Shown here: positions 35,426 to 47,600 of the stretch, piece after piece
How the letters are laid out: each line of letters begins with the position of its first letter
Numbering within the stretch: position 1 is the first letter of the stretch
Source: a virus
Strand: one strand, 5' to 3'
Virus record (IMG/VR): IMGVR_UViG_3300025276_000001
Span: 1 to 64,000 of that record
Length of the DNA: 64,000 nucleotides
Position numbers and translations under genes: made by a program
Notes under the pieces: model-generated
The model's database searches: none
The model's input: only the letters and a program-made list of their open reading frames with translations
Told to the model about the DNA's origin: nothing

Positions 35426-38179
35426 ATGGCAAAAATTAAAATAAATAAATTACCAAAAGGGTTTAAATTACTAGACGGCAAAGTTGTTGAAGAACAAGTT
35501 ATGAGAGACGGAGGTGATTTACAAACTGGTGACCAAGCTGATTATGGCCTAGTTACAACTCCACAAGAATACTATAATAATACTAACTTTAACAACACTG
35601 ATGATAGGGATGTTAGATATAGTTTATCTAGTGTACCTAGAGAAAATGCTAATATAGAAGCTGAAGGTGGAGAAACTGTTTTAACAGATTTGACTAATGA
35701 TGGTACGTTTGGATTATATGATATAACAGGACCTAGACATTCTAAAGGTGGAGTACCAATGTTTTTACCTGAACAATCATTTATATATTCAGATACAGAC
35801 AAAATGAAATTTACAAGTGAAGAGTTATCTGAGTTTGGAATTAATAGTAAAAAGAAAATAACACCTGCTAAGTTATCTAAAAAATATCAATTGAATGATT
35901 ACTATAACCATTTAACAGATCCTTATGCAGATAATATACAAGCACTAACTTCAGAGTTAATGCTTAAAAAGAATATGATGAATCTTTCTAAGTTAGCATT
36001 TACACAAGAATCAAAAAAGAAATTTGAAGAAGGAGTTCCATTAGCTGCACATCCATATTTAGTACAACAAGGTATTGACCCAATACAGTTTACAGCAGAG
36101 ATGGAACAAATCAGTAGAGAGCAAGCTGAAATGGAAGCAATAGCAGCATTACCGCCTGAGCAACAACAACAAGTAATGATGATGCAACAGATGATGGCTC
36201 AAGAACAAGAACAACCTCAACAGCCTCAAGGTCAAGAAATGCAAACAGAAGAAATGATGATGCAAGAAGATGCTATGGCAAGATTTGGTGGTGAAAGAAA
36301 ATTAAAAAGATATCAAAAAGCAGGAGAGACAGGTAAAGAATATTCAGAAAGAATGGGTCAAACATGGGATCCAACACTTAAGAATCCTACATATGATAAG
36401 AAAAATAAGATGTGGGTATACGGAGATGGTACTCCATCTGTATCTAAGTCTGATGCTATGAGAATGGCTATGTCTGGACAAAAACCAAGTCAAGATTATT
36501 ACATTTCAGAAACTGAATTAGAAGGATCAGTAAATACAAATACTCAAACTGGAGGTGATAATGTAGAAGTATTAGAAACTGAAATTACTGAGTCATCTAC
36601 ACCAGGTACAGGTAATCCAGGTATACCTGCTGAACAGTGGGCAATATGGAAACCTTATATAGATAATGGAGCAACGCTAGAAACTATTACTCTTGATGAT
36701 GGAAGAAAAACAGTTAGAATTTCTACTCCAAAAAGTGATGTACAAAAACTTAGAGAACAAGTTACTGCTACAAATCTTGTAGGACGTGGAGGTACAACTG
36801 ATATATATGGTGAAGATATAAGTGGTCAAGGAAGAGCTATTAAAGAAGGAACACAAGAAGGATGGGTTTATAAAGAAGGACCACTTACAGGAGGACAAAG
36901 AAATGTTACTCAAGCAGGTGTTGATGGTGTGTATGGTTCTAGTGATATTAATTCTGAGACAACTCAAACAATATTTAGAGATAATTGGGGAGATACATTA
37001 GAAAAAATTGAAGAGCAATTTGGTGTTCCTTTTGACAATACCAATGATGAACAAGTTCTGGCATTTCAAACTGCTGCAGAAGAACAAAGAAAATTAGATG
37101 CAGCAGCAGCAGGTGTTGATTATATCCCATACTTTAAAAAACCAGGAGATGAAGGCTATGTAAAAGGACAGTCATTAGATGGCAAGATGGGTTTATATAC
37201 TATTAACATTCCTAGGTTAAGTAAGAATGACCAATTTAATGATGAAGCTACATACGGAGACATAACAAAAGATGATCTTGTACCAGGAGAAATTGACGTT
37301 AAAGAAAGAGGTCAACCAGAATGGTGGATTCAAGATCAAAATAATTTAAATGCATTAGGTCAAATAGATGATAATTTATATTTACCATGGGCTCCAGATG
37401 CACAACGTGTTACACTTGCACCAACGTTTGATGATTGGAGATCAGCTGTTAATTCAAATAATTCAACAGCTTCTACTATTGCTCAAGCTTTAGGAGCAGT
37501 TGGTGGACCACAAGCAGTTGCAAATTCACAAATACAAGGTCAAACATTAGAAGCAAATGCAAAAGCTATAAACAGAACTAACACAAATAATGTTGGAATT
37601 GCAAATCAATATGGAGCAATGCAAGCTCAGTATGATAATTTAGCTAACCAGGAGAATGATAAAAGAAAGATGGCTGTTTATGACAACACTCAGAAAACTT
37701 TGCAAGCACATGACAACTTTCTAAATTGGAAAATTGGTGAGAATGTTAAGCTACAAAACGCAGCATTAACAAATAGAGCTAATACATTTAATTTAAATAG
37801 CACATATGATAACTATGAAATTGATCCAAGAACAGGTGGTATAATTGATTTTACAGATCCAAGAGCATTAGAAAAACAAGGGCCAATAGCAGATCAAAAA
37901 TCAAGAGAAAGAGATTATTTTGAAGGAGTTACTTCTCTTGCTAAAAATTTAAATAGAGAACCTACTAGTGCAGAAATAGAAGGTTTCTTTGATTATACTA
38001 GAGGTAGTGGAAAGCCAGCATATAGAGATCCAAATATATCTAATGCAGCTGCTGAATTACAAAAAAAAGGTGCACCAGGAAGATCAGTAAATGCTAATGT
38101 GAACACACAAACAGCAAGAAAAGGAAAAGAACTTAAACGAATGGTAGTACCATTCTATAGTGGTAAAATGGGGAGATAG
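35426..38179 (+). CDS. Cargo/internal virion protein (917 aa)
   Basis: NIEAEGGE..GPRHSKGGV..FIYSD motif seen in crAss-like cargo proteins; Q/M-rich linker; N/Q/A-rich coiled C-terminal part. Confidence 0.7.
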   Translation: MAKIKINKLPKGFKLLDGKVVEEQVMRDGGDLQTGDQADYGLVTTPQEYYNNTNFNNTDDRDVRYSLSSVPRENANIEAEGGETVLTDLTNDGTFGLYDITGPRHSKGGVPMFLPEQSFIYSDTDKMKFTSEELSEFGINSKKKITPAKLSKKYQLNDYYNHLTDPYADNIQALTSELMLKKNMMNLSKLAFTQESKKKFEEGVPLAAHPYLVQQGIDPIQFTAEMEQISREQAEMEAIAALPPEQQQQVMMMQQMMAQEQEQPQQPQGQEMQTEEMMMQEDAMARFGGERKLKRYQKAGETGKEYSERMGQTWDPTLKNPTYDKKNKMWVYGDGTPSVSKSDAMRMAMSGQKPSQDYYISETELEGSVNTNTQTGGDNVEVLETEITESSTPGTGNPGIPAEQWAIWKPYIDNGATLETITLDDGRKTVRISTPKSDVQKLREQVTATNLVGRGGTTDIYGEDISGQGRAIKEGTQEGWVYKEGPLTGGQRNVTQAGVDGVYGSSDINSETTQTIFRDNWGDTLEKIEEQFGVPFDNTNDEQVLAFQTAAEEQRKLDAAAAGVDYIPYFKKPGDEGYVKGQSLDGKMGLYTINIPRLSKNDQFNDEATYGDITKDDLVPGEIDVKERGQPEWWIQDQNNLNALGQIDDNLYLPWAPDAQRVTLAPTFDDWRSAVNSNNSTASTIAQALGAVGGPQAVANSQIQGQTLEANAKAINRTNTNNVGIANQYGAMQAQYDNLANQENDKRKMAVYDNTQKTLQAHDNFLNWKIGENVKLQNAALTNRANTFNLNSTYDNYEIDPRTGGIIDFTDPRALEKQGPIADQKSRERDYFEGVTSLAKNLNREPTSAEIEGFFDYTRGSGKPAYRDPNISNAAAELQKKGAPGRSVNANVNTQTARKGKELKRMVVPFYSGKMGR

Positions 38180-38242
38180 TTAAACCTAAAAGGTTTTTAT
38201 ATTTACCTTGTTAAACTTAATAAATTATAGTAATTTTATATT

Positions 38243-41200
38243 ATGGCAACATACGTACCAGGATCAGAAACTTATTTACCGGATATCAAACCGTTTACAC
38301 CAGACTACAAGTTTTTGTCTGCTGTACTTGGTCAGAGACAAGATAAATACAACACAAATTGGCAAGCAACAAATGACATATACAATAAGGTAGTATATGC
38401 GGACATATCACGTGAAGACACTAATGTTAAAAGAGAGCAATATGTAAAAAACTTAGCTCCATCTTTAGAGAAAATAGCTGGTTTAGATTTGTCAATGCGT
38501 GAAAATGTACAAGCAGCTAAGTCTGTATTTCAACCATTTTTACAAGATGATTTGATTGTAAAAGATATGGCAGTTACTGCTAACTATAGAGATCAAATGG
38601 CATTAGCTGAACGTTATAAAAATTCCCCTGATGCTGATACAAGAAAGTTATGGCATAGAGATGGTGTTGCAGCTTTGCAATACAAGATGGAATCTTTTAT
38701 TAATGATGATGCTACAAAAGCATTAAACTTTAGAGCACCCAAGTATGTTCCAGAAGCAAACATAATGGCATTGTCTGAAGAAATTTTAGGTGAAATGAAA
38801 CCACCTTTAAAATTAAAAATAGATCATTTTGGTGTTAATGCAGACGGATCAGTAAATACTGACTGGATTGTTACTGATCAGAATGGAGAAAGATTAGTAG
38901 GTCCTGCATTACAAATTATAAGAAACCAATTACAACAAGATCCAAGAGTTGCAGATTCTTATCAAGTAAAAGCTTATGTAGCATCTATGGACTTTGGAAG
39001 AGCAATGGTAGATAATGGTACATTTGGTTCTGTTGATGAAGGGAGAATGGCTTGGGCTGTTGAAACACTTACTAGAGCACAAGAAAATAATGCTATTAGA
39101 TTAACTGAAGGTGCTGGAGAATTAAGAGAATATAACAATATAAATGTAAGATGGCAAAATTATCAAGCCATTAATGGAGTTATTCCTGGTTCTGATGAAG
39201 AAACTACAATGAAAAATAACTTGTCTGCTTATGAGAAGACAAGAATGCAAATGGCGCAAGATCAAAAAATTGCTGGTATAATTGATACACCTCCTGCTGA
39301 TTTAGAAAGCACATTGGCTACTGCATATCAAGTTCTAATGTTAACTAACATGGATGGAGATATGATTAAAGCAGCTAAATCATATAGCATGAGAGATATG
39401 GAATCTACTTTTAGAGTAAATCCATATGCTAAACAAGATAAGCAGTTTAAATATGATATGCGTAAAGAAGCTGCTAGAGCACAAAATAACTTATTTAGAG
39501 ATTCTGAAAAAGATAGACGTGCTAGACAATTAGCAATAGATAAAGGGGAGATAAAAACTCAAGAACAACTTGATCAAGAAAATAAATTAAGAATAGCTTT
39601 AGGTAATGCTAGTACTGTTCGTGGTGATTCAAGAACAAATACAGCTGATCTAGAGGATGGTGATGTTTATGCTGATGAACAAGCTGACTTTCAGAAGATG
39701 TTAAGTACAAATACTAAAGATCAAGCTAGTCAAATACTTTCATCAATGAGACAAGTTGATCCTATGGGTGAAGTTGTAGATGGAAAAGGTACATACCAAT
39801 GGAGTATGGAACTTGATGGTAAAAAAGTAACAGGTGATATGGCTAAATTAGAAAAAATTCTATATAGCACAAAAGCCCTTACTGAAGAACAAGAAGGAGA
39901 TGAAGACTTTATGAAGTCTTATGTTCCTGAATTTATCTATCAACATGATATTGATAGAATCCATGATGAGAAAATTCAGCAGATGAATTCAGTTGATGAA
40001 AATGGAGCATTGAATATTATTCAATCACATACATCTGAAATTGTTACTCCTGCGTATAAAGCTTTAGTAGAAAGTATGCTAAATACTCAAACTAATAATG
40101 GAACATTAATGAAGACTCATGCTAACTTGCTAGAAGCATATGCAAGGACTGGTGTCAAAACTGATATAGAAGCAAGAAATATTAATGATAACTTAGTAGG
40201 ATTTCAAGAAAGTGGTTACCCAAGTATTTTTCAAAAAAATGCATCTGGTGTAACAGTTAGATTAGGTAGAGAAGAGTATGCTGACTTAGTTGAAAAAATG
40301 GCAAAGGAACGCAAGCTTACAAACTTTGATAGAGATTGGATTGACGGAGGTACTGATCAAAAGAATTACATGAAAGACAAAAGAGGTGTCAATGAATATG
40401 TACATTATGTAACAGAACCAATGTTAGATTCAAATGGTGAACCAGCATTTACTGCAAATGGTGCACCAAGAATGACAAGAAGAAGTATAGTTACTAAAGA
40501 GAAAGTAGACGGTGTTAGAAATTACAGAACAAAAACAACCTACATGGTTGATCAGTTTGGTGAAGAGGTGCGTGCAGCAGACCGTCAAATGAGTAAGATA
40601 ATTGATGGTAAAGAAGTAAGACTAAACTATACTGTAGCTAAAATGCTTGATGTAAGAGGTGTAAGGACTGAAGCAGATTATGTATATGATAAGTATAATG
40701 CTTCTTTTAAAGATGGTCTTAATGGTAAGTTAACTGACCAAGTAGGAGTTTTGGAAACAGGATCACTAAATTCAGCTTTATTAGGATTAGATAATACAGT
40801 AGGAAACCTATCAACTGGAACTTTATACAAAGGGGATTTCAATCCAATGAGTCCTAATGAAGGACAAGGTGCAGTAATATATACTCAATTTTTAGATCAA
40901 GTAGCCTCAATGAATAAATTAGGTATTCAACCTAATTACTACATGGGTAACGAACAAGACTTTGAAGTAGAAGAAACTAGTCCAAAAGCAAAAGCTTTTA
41001 TGGATCAAGTACGTCAGGATGTTATTTCAGACATGCAACCAGCAAATAAAAAATCAACAAGAACTACAGCAAGAGGGGAATGGTTTTATGCTCCAGTATT
41101 AGGATCTGCTGATGATATGGACAAGAGTACTGCTGGATATATTTTTAAACCAACTGAAGATTATGTAACATCAAAAGTTAAAGGTGGAGGTCTAGCTAGC

Positions 41201-41644
41201 CAATGGGCAGGTTTAGATGCAGGAGAAAGAAAGAAAATTCTTGAAGGTGGAATTTCCATGGTGTTTGATCAGAAAGATGATATCAATCCAAGAAAAGTTG
41301 CAGACAACTGGGGGAATACAATAGTAGCACAGGTAATGGGTAGTCCAAATCAAACTAAACAATGGAACCCTACTGATGCTAATGGTGATCCAGCCGGTTC
41401 CTATAGTATAAGTAGAGTTAATCAAAACTTATATGTTATGAATTATCAATATTCTACATATCAGGAAGGTGGAACATATACTCCCAGTACACCAATGATA
41501 ATGAATGTTCCTATTTCTAGGCAAACCGGAGGTTTTAAAGCTTTAACTGCTGCTCAAAATTCTATACTAGAAATATATAAGCAAAGAGGCTTACTCAATA
41601 TGGCAGCTAAAAAGAAAGACAAAGGATTGAACGCAAAAAAGTAA
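38243..41644 (+). CDS. Cargo/ejection protein (1133 aa)
   Basis: Helical N-terminus (PFTPDY..L..RQ..Y); position directly before the RNAP-containing gene. Confidence 0.65.
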   Translation: MATYVPGSETYLPDIKPFTPDYKFLSAVLGQRQDKYNTNWQATNDIYNKVVYADISREDTNVKREQYVKNLAPSLEKIAGLDLSMRENVQAAKSVFQPFLQDDLIVKDMAVTANYRDQMALAERYKNSPDADTRKLWHRDGVAALQYKMESFINDDATKALNFRAPKYVPEANIMALSEEILGEMKPPLKLKIDHFGVNADGSVNTDWIVTDQNGERLVGPALQIIRNQLQQDPRVADSYQVKAYVASMDFGRAMVDNGTFGSVDEGRMAWAVETLTRAQENNAIRLTEGAGELREYNNINVRWQNYQAINGVIPGSDEETTMKNNLSAYEKTRMQMAQDQKIAGIIDTPPADLESTLATAYQVLMLTNMDGDMIKAAKSYSMRDMESTFRVNPYAKQDKQFKYDMRKEAARAQNNLFRDSEKDRRARQLAIDKGEIKTQEQLDQENKLRIALGNASTVRGDSRTNTADLEDGDVYADEQADFQKMLSTNTKDQASQILSSMRQVDPMGEVVDGKGTYQWSMELDGKKVTGDMAKLEKILYSTKALTEEQEGDEDFMKSYVPEFIYQHDIDRIHDEKIQQMNSVDENGALNIIQSHTSEIVTPAYKALVESMLNTQTNNGTLMKTHANLLEAYARTGVKTDIEARNINDNLVGFQESGYPSIFQKNASGVTVRLGREEYADLVEKMAKERKLTNFDRDWIDGGTDQKNYMKDKRGVNEYVHYVTEPMLDSNGEPAFTANGAPRMTRRSIVTKEKVDGVRNYRTKTTYMVDQFGEEVRAADRQMSKIIDGKEVRLNYTVAKMLDVRGVRTEADYVYDKYNASFKDGLNGKLTDQVGVLETGSLNSALLGLDNTVGNLSTGTLYKGDFNPMSPNEGQGAVIYTQFLDQVASMNKLGIQPNYYMGNEQDFEVEETSPKAKAFMDQVRQDVISDMQPANKKSTRTTARGEWFYAPVLGSADDMDKSTAGYIFKPTEDYVTSKVKGGGLASQWAGLDAGERKKILEGGISMVFDQKDDINPRKVADNWGNTIVAQVMGSPNQTKQWNPTDANGDPAGSYSISRVNQNLYVMNYQYSTYQEGGTYTPSTPMIMNVPISRQTGGFKALTAAQNSILEIYKQRGLLNMAAKKKDKGLNAKK

Positions 41645-41672
41645 ACCAAAAATAATAAATTACTATTCATAG

Positions 41673-44600
41673 ATGGAAGAGGTACAAAATAATACAGGCT
41701 TAGCTGAAACAATCAAGTCACAGGAAGTTCCATTACAGGAGATACCTAAAGACAGACCTTATATTCCAATTGAGGAAATGTTTAATACTCCGGAATATGA
41801 TGAATGGATAAGCAGTGCTGACGTTGCACAAATACAACAACTTCAAGAGTCTAAATTAGACATTGATAAGTATAGCCCAGCTGCTATGGCCAACCTAGGT
41901 ATAGCACGTCCATCACAAGCAACTACAACATTTGATCCTGTTGCACAACAAAACCCACCAACATTAGAAGAAGAAGGTGGATTCACCAGGCTTCTTAATG
42001 AAGGTATGAATAAAAACTTATCTGTATTAGCTAAAGAAGCAAATGATAACTTTACTGTTGATCCAGTTATATCAAACATTAGACAAACTAATTTTAAAAG
42101 ATATTATGAACATCCTGAATATGCTGATTTAGGTTTCTCTCCTTTTGCAAATAATGAACAGTTCTATAATGAGAATTCTACAGTGTGGGATGATTACTCT
42201 AGAATGTGGGGTCAGTTTGGTAGCTTAGCGGGTACTGGATTTATGAGTGGTTACAGATCAATAGGTGACTTTTTTACAGGAGAAGGTTTAGAAGCAGATA
42301 GACAAAGTGCTTATGAGTTTGAAGATGCTATGGCAATTGGAAACTCATCAAGAGGTGGCGCAATGGCTTGGACAAATAACTTATTGCTTAACTCTGGATA
42401 CACTATGGGTATCATTAGTAGTATAGCATTAGAAGAACTTGTTTTAGCAGGAGCTACAGCTTTATCTGGAGGAGCATTAGGAGCTCCTGCCGCTATAAAA
42501 ACAGGAATTAATGCTGCAAAAATTACTAAGACAGTATCTAATTCATTTGGTGTAGGAAGAATGGCCAACTGGACTAGAAATATGTTGAAGCAATTAAATA
42601 ATGCTGATGCAGCTAAAGACTTATATAATGGTGCTAATAGTGGAAGAAAGTTTTTAGGTAAAATATTTTTACCAGAAACAACAGCAGCTATTAGAGGATT
42701 AAAAACTACAGCAAATGGTGCACAAAATGTAACTAATTTTGCTAAGGGTGCAAAAACATTTGGTGGATTCTATAAAGATTTAAGATCAGTTAACTATGCA
42801 TTAGCTGAGTCTAAGTTAGAGTCAGGTATGGTTTATAATCAGAGGTTAAGACAGAATTTAAATATTGCTAATGAATCAAATTTTGGAGGGGAAATAACTA
42901 CTGAACAAATGGAAGCTGCAACTAGTAATGCTAGTGAAGCTGCATTTGAAACTTTGATAAGAAATGCACCATTAATCTATGCAAGTAACTTTTTTGTTTT
43001 AGGTAATGCATTTGGTGGGTTTAATAAGTCATTTGCAAGAATGGCTAATGATAGTTATAAGTCTATTGGTAGAAGGATAATGAGAAAAGGTGCTGCTACA
43101 GGTGCAGACGGACAAGTACTTAAGAATGTTTTTTCTGATGCGGGTACAGGACTTAAAGGTTTATGGAATAGAACAAAGAATGCAGGAGTAAGAGGTGGGG
43201 GTAAAGCTTTATTTCATTCAAGTGCAAGATACTTTGCAGCAAATTTTGCAGAGGGTATACAAGAGGTAGGGCAAGAAGCAATATCACATGGTGTAAACCA
43301 TTACTATGAATCATTATTTAGAGATCCAATGTCAGGTGGTGCTCAGCTACATAAACAATCTGTTAATTCAGGTATGGGTTCTCAGTTTAGTGGGCAAGGA
43401 CTTGATGTATTTATGTCAGGTTTCTTAATGGGTGGTGTAGTATCAGGACCACAAAAACTTTTCTTCCAAGGCGTACCTGCAGTATATAACTTTGCAAAAG
43501 GTAAAGGAGCATTTGGTGCAGAAGGAGCAGCAGCAGTTGCTGAACAAAACAAAACAGAAAAAGAATTTATTGATTCTGTAGTAGCTTCATATAATGCAGT
43601 TGCAGAGGGTGTTGGTGGAGTAGCTCAGTCTGAAGGAAAAGATTCTGTTGATCCAGGATCTGCTTTTGACATGACTTTACTTAATTTTTTAATTCAAAAA
43701 CAAACAGGTGCTGAGTTAACAGGAAACTCATATGATGGTAACATCTTTGGATATCAAGATGCAAAAGACTTTGGTACATTCCATAACTTATACCAGGTGT
43801 TTAGTACTGGTGGTGCTGCTCAGTTTGAGAGTATGATAAAAGATTTCCAAAAACTAGATGATGCAGCTTTACTTGAAGCATTCCCTGCTAGCAAAGCAGA
43901 AATCAAAAGTGGTAAGTTTAGGTCTAAGTTTACTAAGATGGAACAAAACATGGACAAGATGGAAGTGGATTACAATGCAGCTAAGGATTTATTTCCTAGC
44001 CCATTTGATTCTAGCCAGATGGACAAAGGTACTAGAGCATACCAAGATGAAAGAATAAAAGAAATGTCTTGGAGACATGCACAGTATTTATACATGTTTA
44101 CTAAAGATGGATTTGATCAAGCATTGGTTAGATCAAGTAGTATATATAAAAGATTAGCTGCTGATCCATTATTTGAAGGAATGGCTACTAGTGATGTAAC
44201 TGTTTTATTAAGTCCAGATAGTTTAAAAAATGAAATAAGATTATTAAAAGAAGAGCTATCTACTTATGAAGTAGATGAAGACTCTAAGAAATTAAACAAA
44301 GAAATTATTGCTGCCAAGAAAGGTAAGCAAACTAGATTAGAAGCTTATTTAAAAGTAGTAGAGGATCCTAAAAATCAAAGTAAGGATGGTATCTATGACA
44401 GAAGAAGCATGACTGAAATTGAAAGAGTCTTTGATGATTATATTAAATTTATTGCTAAGAGTGAAGGCAGCTTTATAAATAAAGAAGCTAGAAGAGAAGC
44501 ACTAAAAGATATTATAGATTACAAAGCTTTAAAAGGAAGAGCTATAGTGTATGATAGAACTATGGAGATGATGGCAAATCCTGCTAGGTTCCAAGAGATA

Positions 44601-47600
44601 TTAGACAGAAACAATGCTCTTCATGATTCATACTTTGCTAACATAAAAGAAGAGTATAGAAAGACAATAGAAGACTATGTAGGTGTTGTAAAAAGAAATG
44701 AGTTAATGAATCAAATCACCAACATAGAAGGTGAAGACGTGATTCCTCATCCTTTATATGCTAAGATGTTTTTACAAACGGGTGATGCTTCTATATTTTT
44801 TGAAGGAGATAATTCTTTCTTTTTTGTTCCAGAAAAAGGAAGAGTAACTAAACTAAATAATCCTGTATTATTTGAAAAATTACAAAGTATTGTTTCAATG
44901 TATGAAGCAACAAATGTAAAAGAAGCTAAAATAGCTGAAGAAAAAGCTGAAGCAGATATTGCAGAAAAAAATAGACAAGAAGTTAAAGATGTACTAAATG
45001 ATATTGGAGTAGAAGAAAACCTACCATTCTCAACAAGTTCAGTATATAATAATTTATTAGATTCAAAGTATAATGCTTATGTAGCTACACAAGCTAACCT
45101 AGGTAAAGCTCCATTAACAAAAGATGAGTGGGTAAACAAGGATGGTAAAAACTTTAGAACCGCTTTTCAAGCACTTAGACAAGTCTGGGTTGCTAATGAT
45201 AAATTAATTAATCCCAACAAACCCTTAACTCAAAATGAAATTCTTGATGATACTAAATTTATTAACTGGTTGCTTTCTCCAACAGGAGGTCAAGTTTCAC
45301 CAGAGGTTGATTTGGTATTACAGAAATTAGAGATTTCAATGTTTGACGTTACAGGTCAAAAAGAAACAATACAAGATGGTGCTCAAGTACAAGATAATAT
45401 AGAAAGAGAAGTTGTTGGACAACCTGGTTTATTATTTGCTGTAGTAGAGGAAAATATTGAAGATCAAGAAACACTAAAGAAACAAGTTGTATACAAAATA
45501 ATAGATCTTAATACTCAAGAGGAAGTAGAAGACGCTATTCTACAAAGGTTTGGTTCAGACATAAACATATTTATGACCATAGGAGAAGCTCAAGCAACAT
45601 TGCTTTCTATGGAAAAAGATATGGGTGATGGTAAAACATTTGAGTTTACTGAGCCTGGTATTGGAAATGATAAAGAAACATCAACTACTTTATCTTTTGG
45701 TACTATTGTTTACAATAAAGATGGTGACCAGTTTATAGTACAAAGTAAAATGGACGGTATTATAAATGGTAAAGATTTATTCTTAATTCCTATTGATAAA
45801 GTAGGTTTATCATTTAAAGCCAAAGCAGAATTTTTAGTAAGAGTTCCAAGAGGTGGATTTGCTGGTGTATATAGTTTACAAGAAGTTAAAAATATATCAC
45901 CTGAGTCAGTATCAAGAGTAACACTAAATGAAATTGTTACTCCATATCCATATGTAAATAAAGATCAAAGTGTAAATCCTATAGCTGCTAGGAATGAAGA
46001 TCCTGCTAAAGCAAGAGATAGATATAATGCTATACTTTCAATTTTAACTGATGAAGAAATAAGTCAATTAGAACTTGTAGTTACAATAGATCCACTTGCA
46101 GTAGAGGGTGTATCAAAAGATTATCAAAGAAAAGGTTTTGAACCTAACCCAAACATTAGACAACAAGTATCTAAGTATCAAGTAGGTCTTAAGGCAGGAA
46201 GTATTGAAGCACAAGCAAAGATTGATACTTTACTTAAAGATATGGGATTAGATGATAGTGTAGATCCTAATAATATATTTGGGTTTATTGCTATAGAAAA
46301 CTTTAAGTTTATTAATACTAAGAACGGACCAGCTATTGATCCTTCTAGTATGTCTCAACTTGAGTTAGAAAACTTTATCAACGTACCACAATACTTAAAA
46401 GATAAACTTACAGCTTCAGAGATATTAGAAATGGTTCAGAAAAATTATGCTACAAGCATGGTTTTACAAGGTGTGTTAGATGCAAAAATGAAAGATCAAC
46501 CAATTGGTGTTTCAGTTTCAATACCTATATCATCTTTAAATTTAGATGAAAATGGTAAAGACCTAGGTCATAATATATCATTAGATCTAAAGCTTGGTCT
46601 AGTTGATTATGATAATAACACAAAAGGATTAAATGATCTGGAGTACTCTAGTGTAAATGAAAATGGTGATTACTTAATTTATAAGCTTGAAATGGGTAGT
46701 ACTGAGAGATCAGTGGTTCCTGTAACAAATCTTAAAGAAGGAGCAAGAGATAAACTTATTGCAGAAGTAGAAGTTCAACTAAAAAAGCAAAGCTTGTGGA
46801 ATGAACTTGCACAAGGTAAAGATGGTTATAAAGCTGTAGTACTATTACCAAATGGTACATATGCATTGATTCCATTGAAGGCTGTGCCTCTAGACATTAA
46901 TGAGTTAATGACTGAGACTATTGAGGCTGCTCAAAAAATTATAGAACAAAAAGATCATAATAGTAAAGATGGAATAAAAGGTGAAGCACTTAAAAAGTTA
47001 AGGGCTGATAACAAATTACGTTCTTCTAAATTATTTATAAGTTCACAAAGTGGATATTCTATTTCATTACAAGTCACTAAATGGGGTAAAATACAATTAG
47101 AGTTAGCACTTAAACAAGGAGAAAACTATTCTAGTGTAGCAAAAGTAACGTTGAGTGTTAAGGATATATCAAGTGATATAAGTATTGCTGATAAAACTAA
47201 AATACTTTTTGATGCTTTCAATAAAAATGCTGGTGTACAAGAAGCAGGTATATCATATACTGATGATAATGGAAACTTAAAAGGAATAGGAGCTAAAAAC
47301 TTTAGAGTATCATTTCCTAGAACAGCAAGTATAGCAGAGTTACTTGCAGTTACAACAACTGATGTAATGCCTAAAGTAGTAAATGATAATAACTTTACGT
47401 TGTCTGCTAGTTCATCTTCTATCCAAGCACAACGTGATATGGAAATGACTACTAGTGGAGTATTCCAACAAACAGAATCATATGTTGATGCAGAAGGTAA
47501 TGCTATACCTAAAGGTCCAGAATTAAGAACTGATTCTAACAATAAACCTTTAGTAGAAGTATCTGAAAATGTTGAAGACTCATTGTTAGATTTAACTCAA

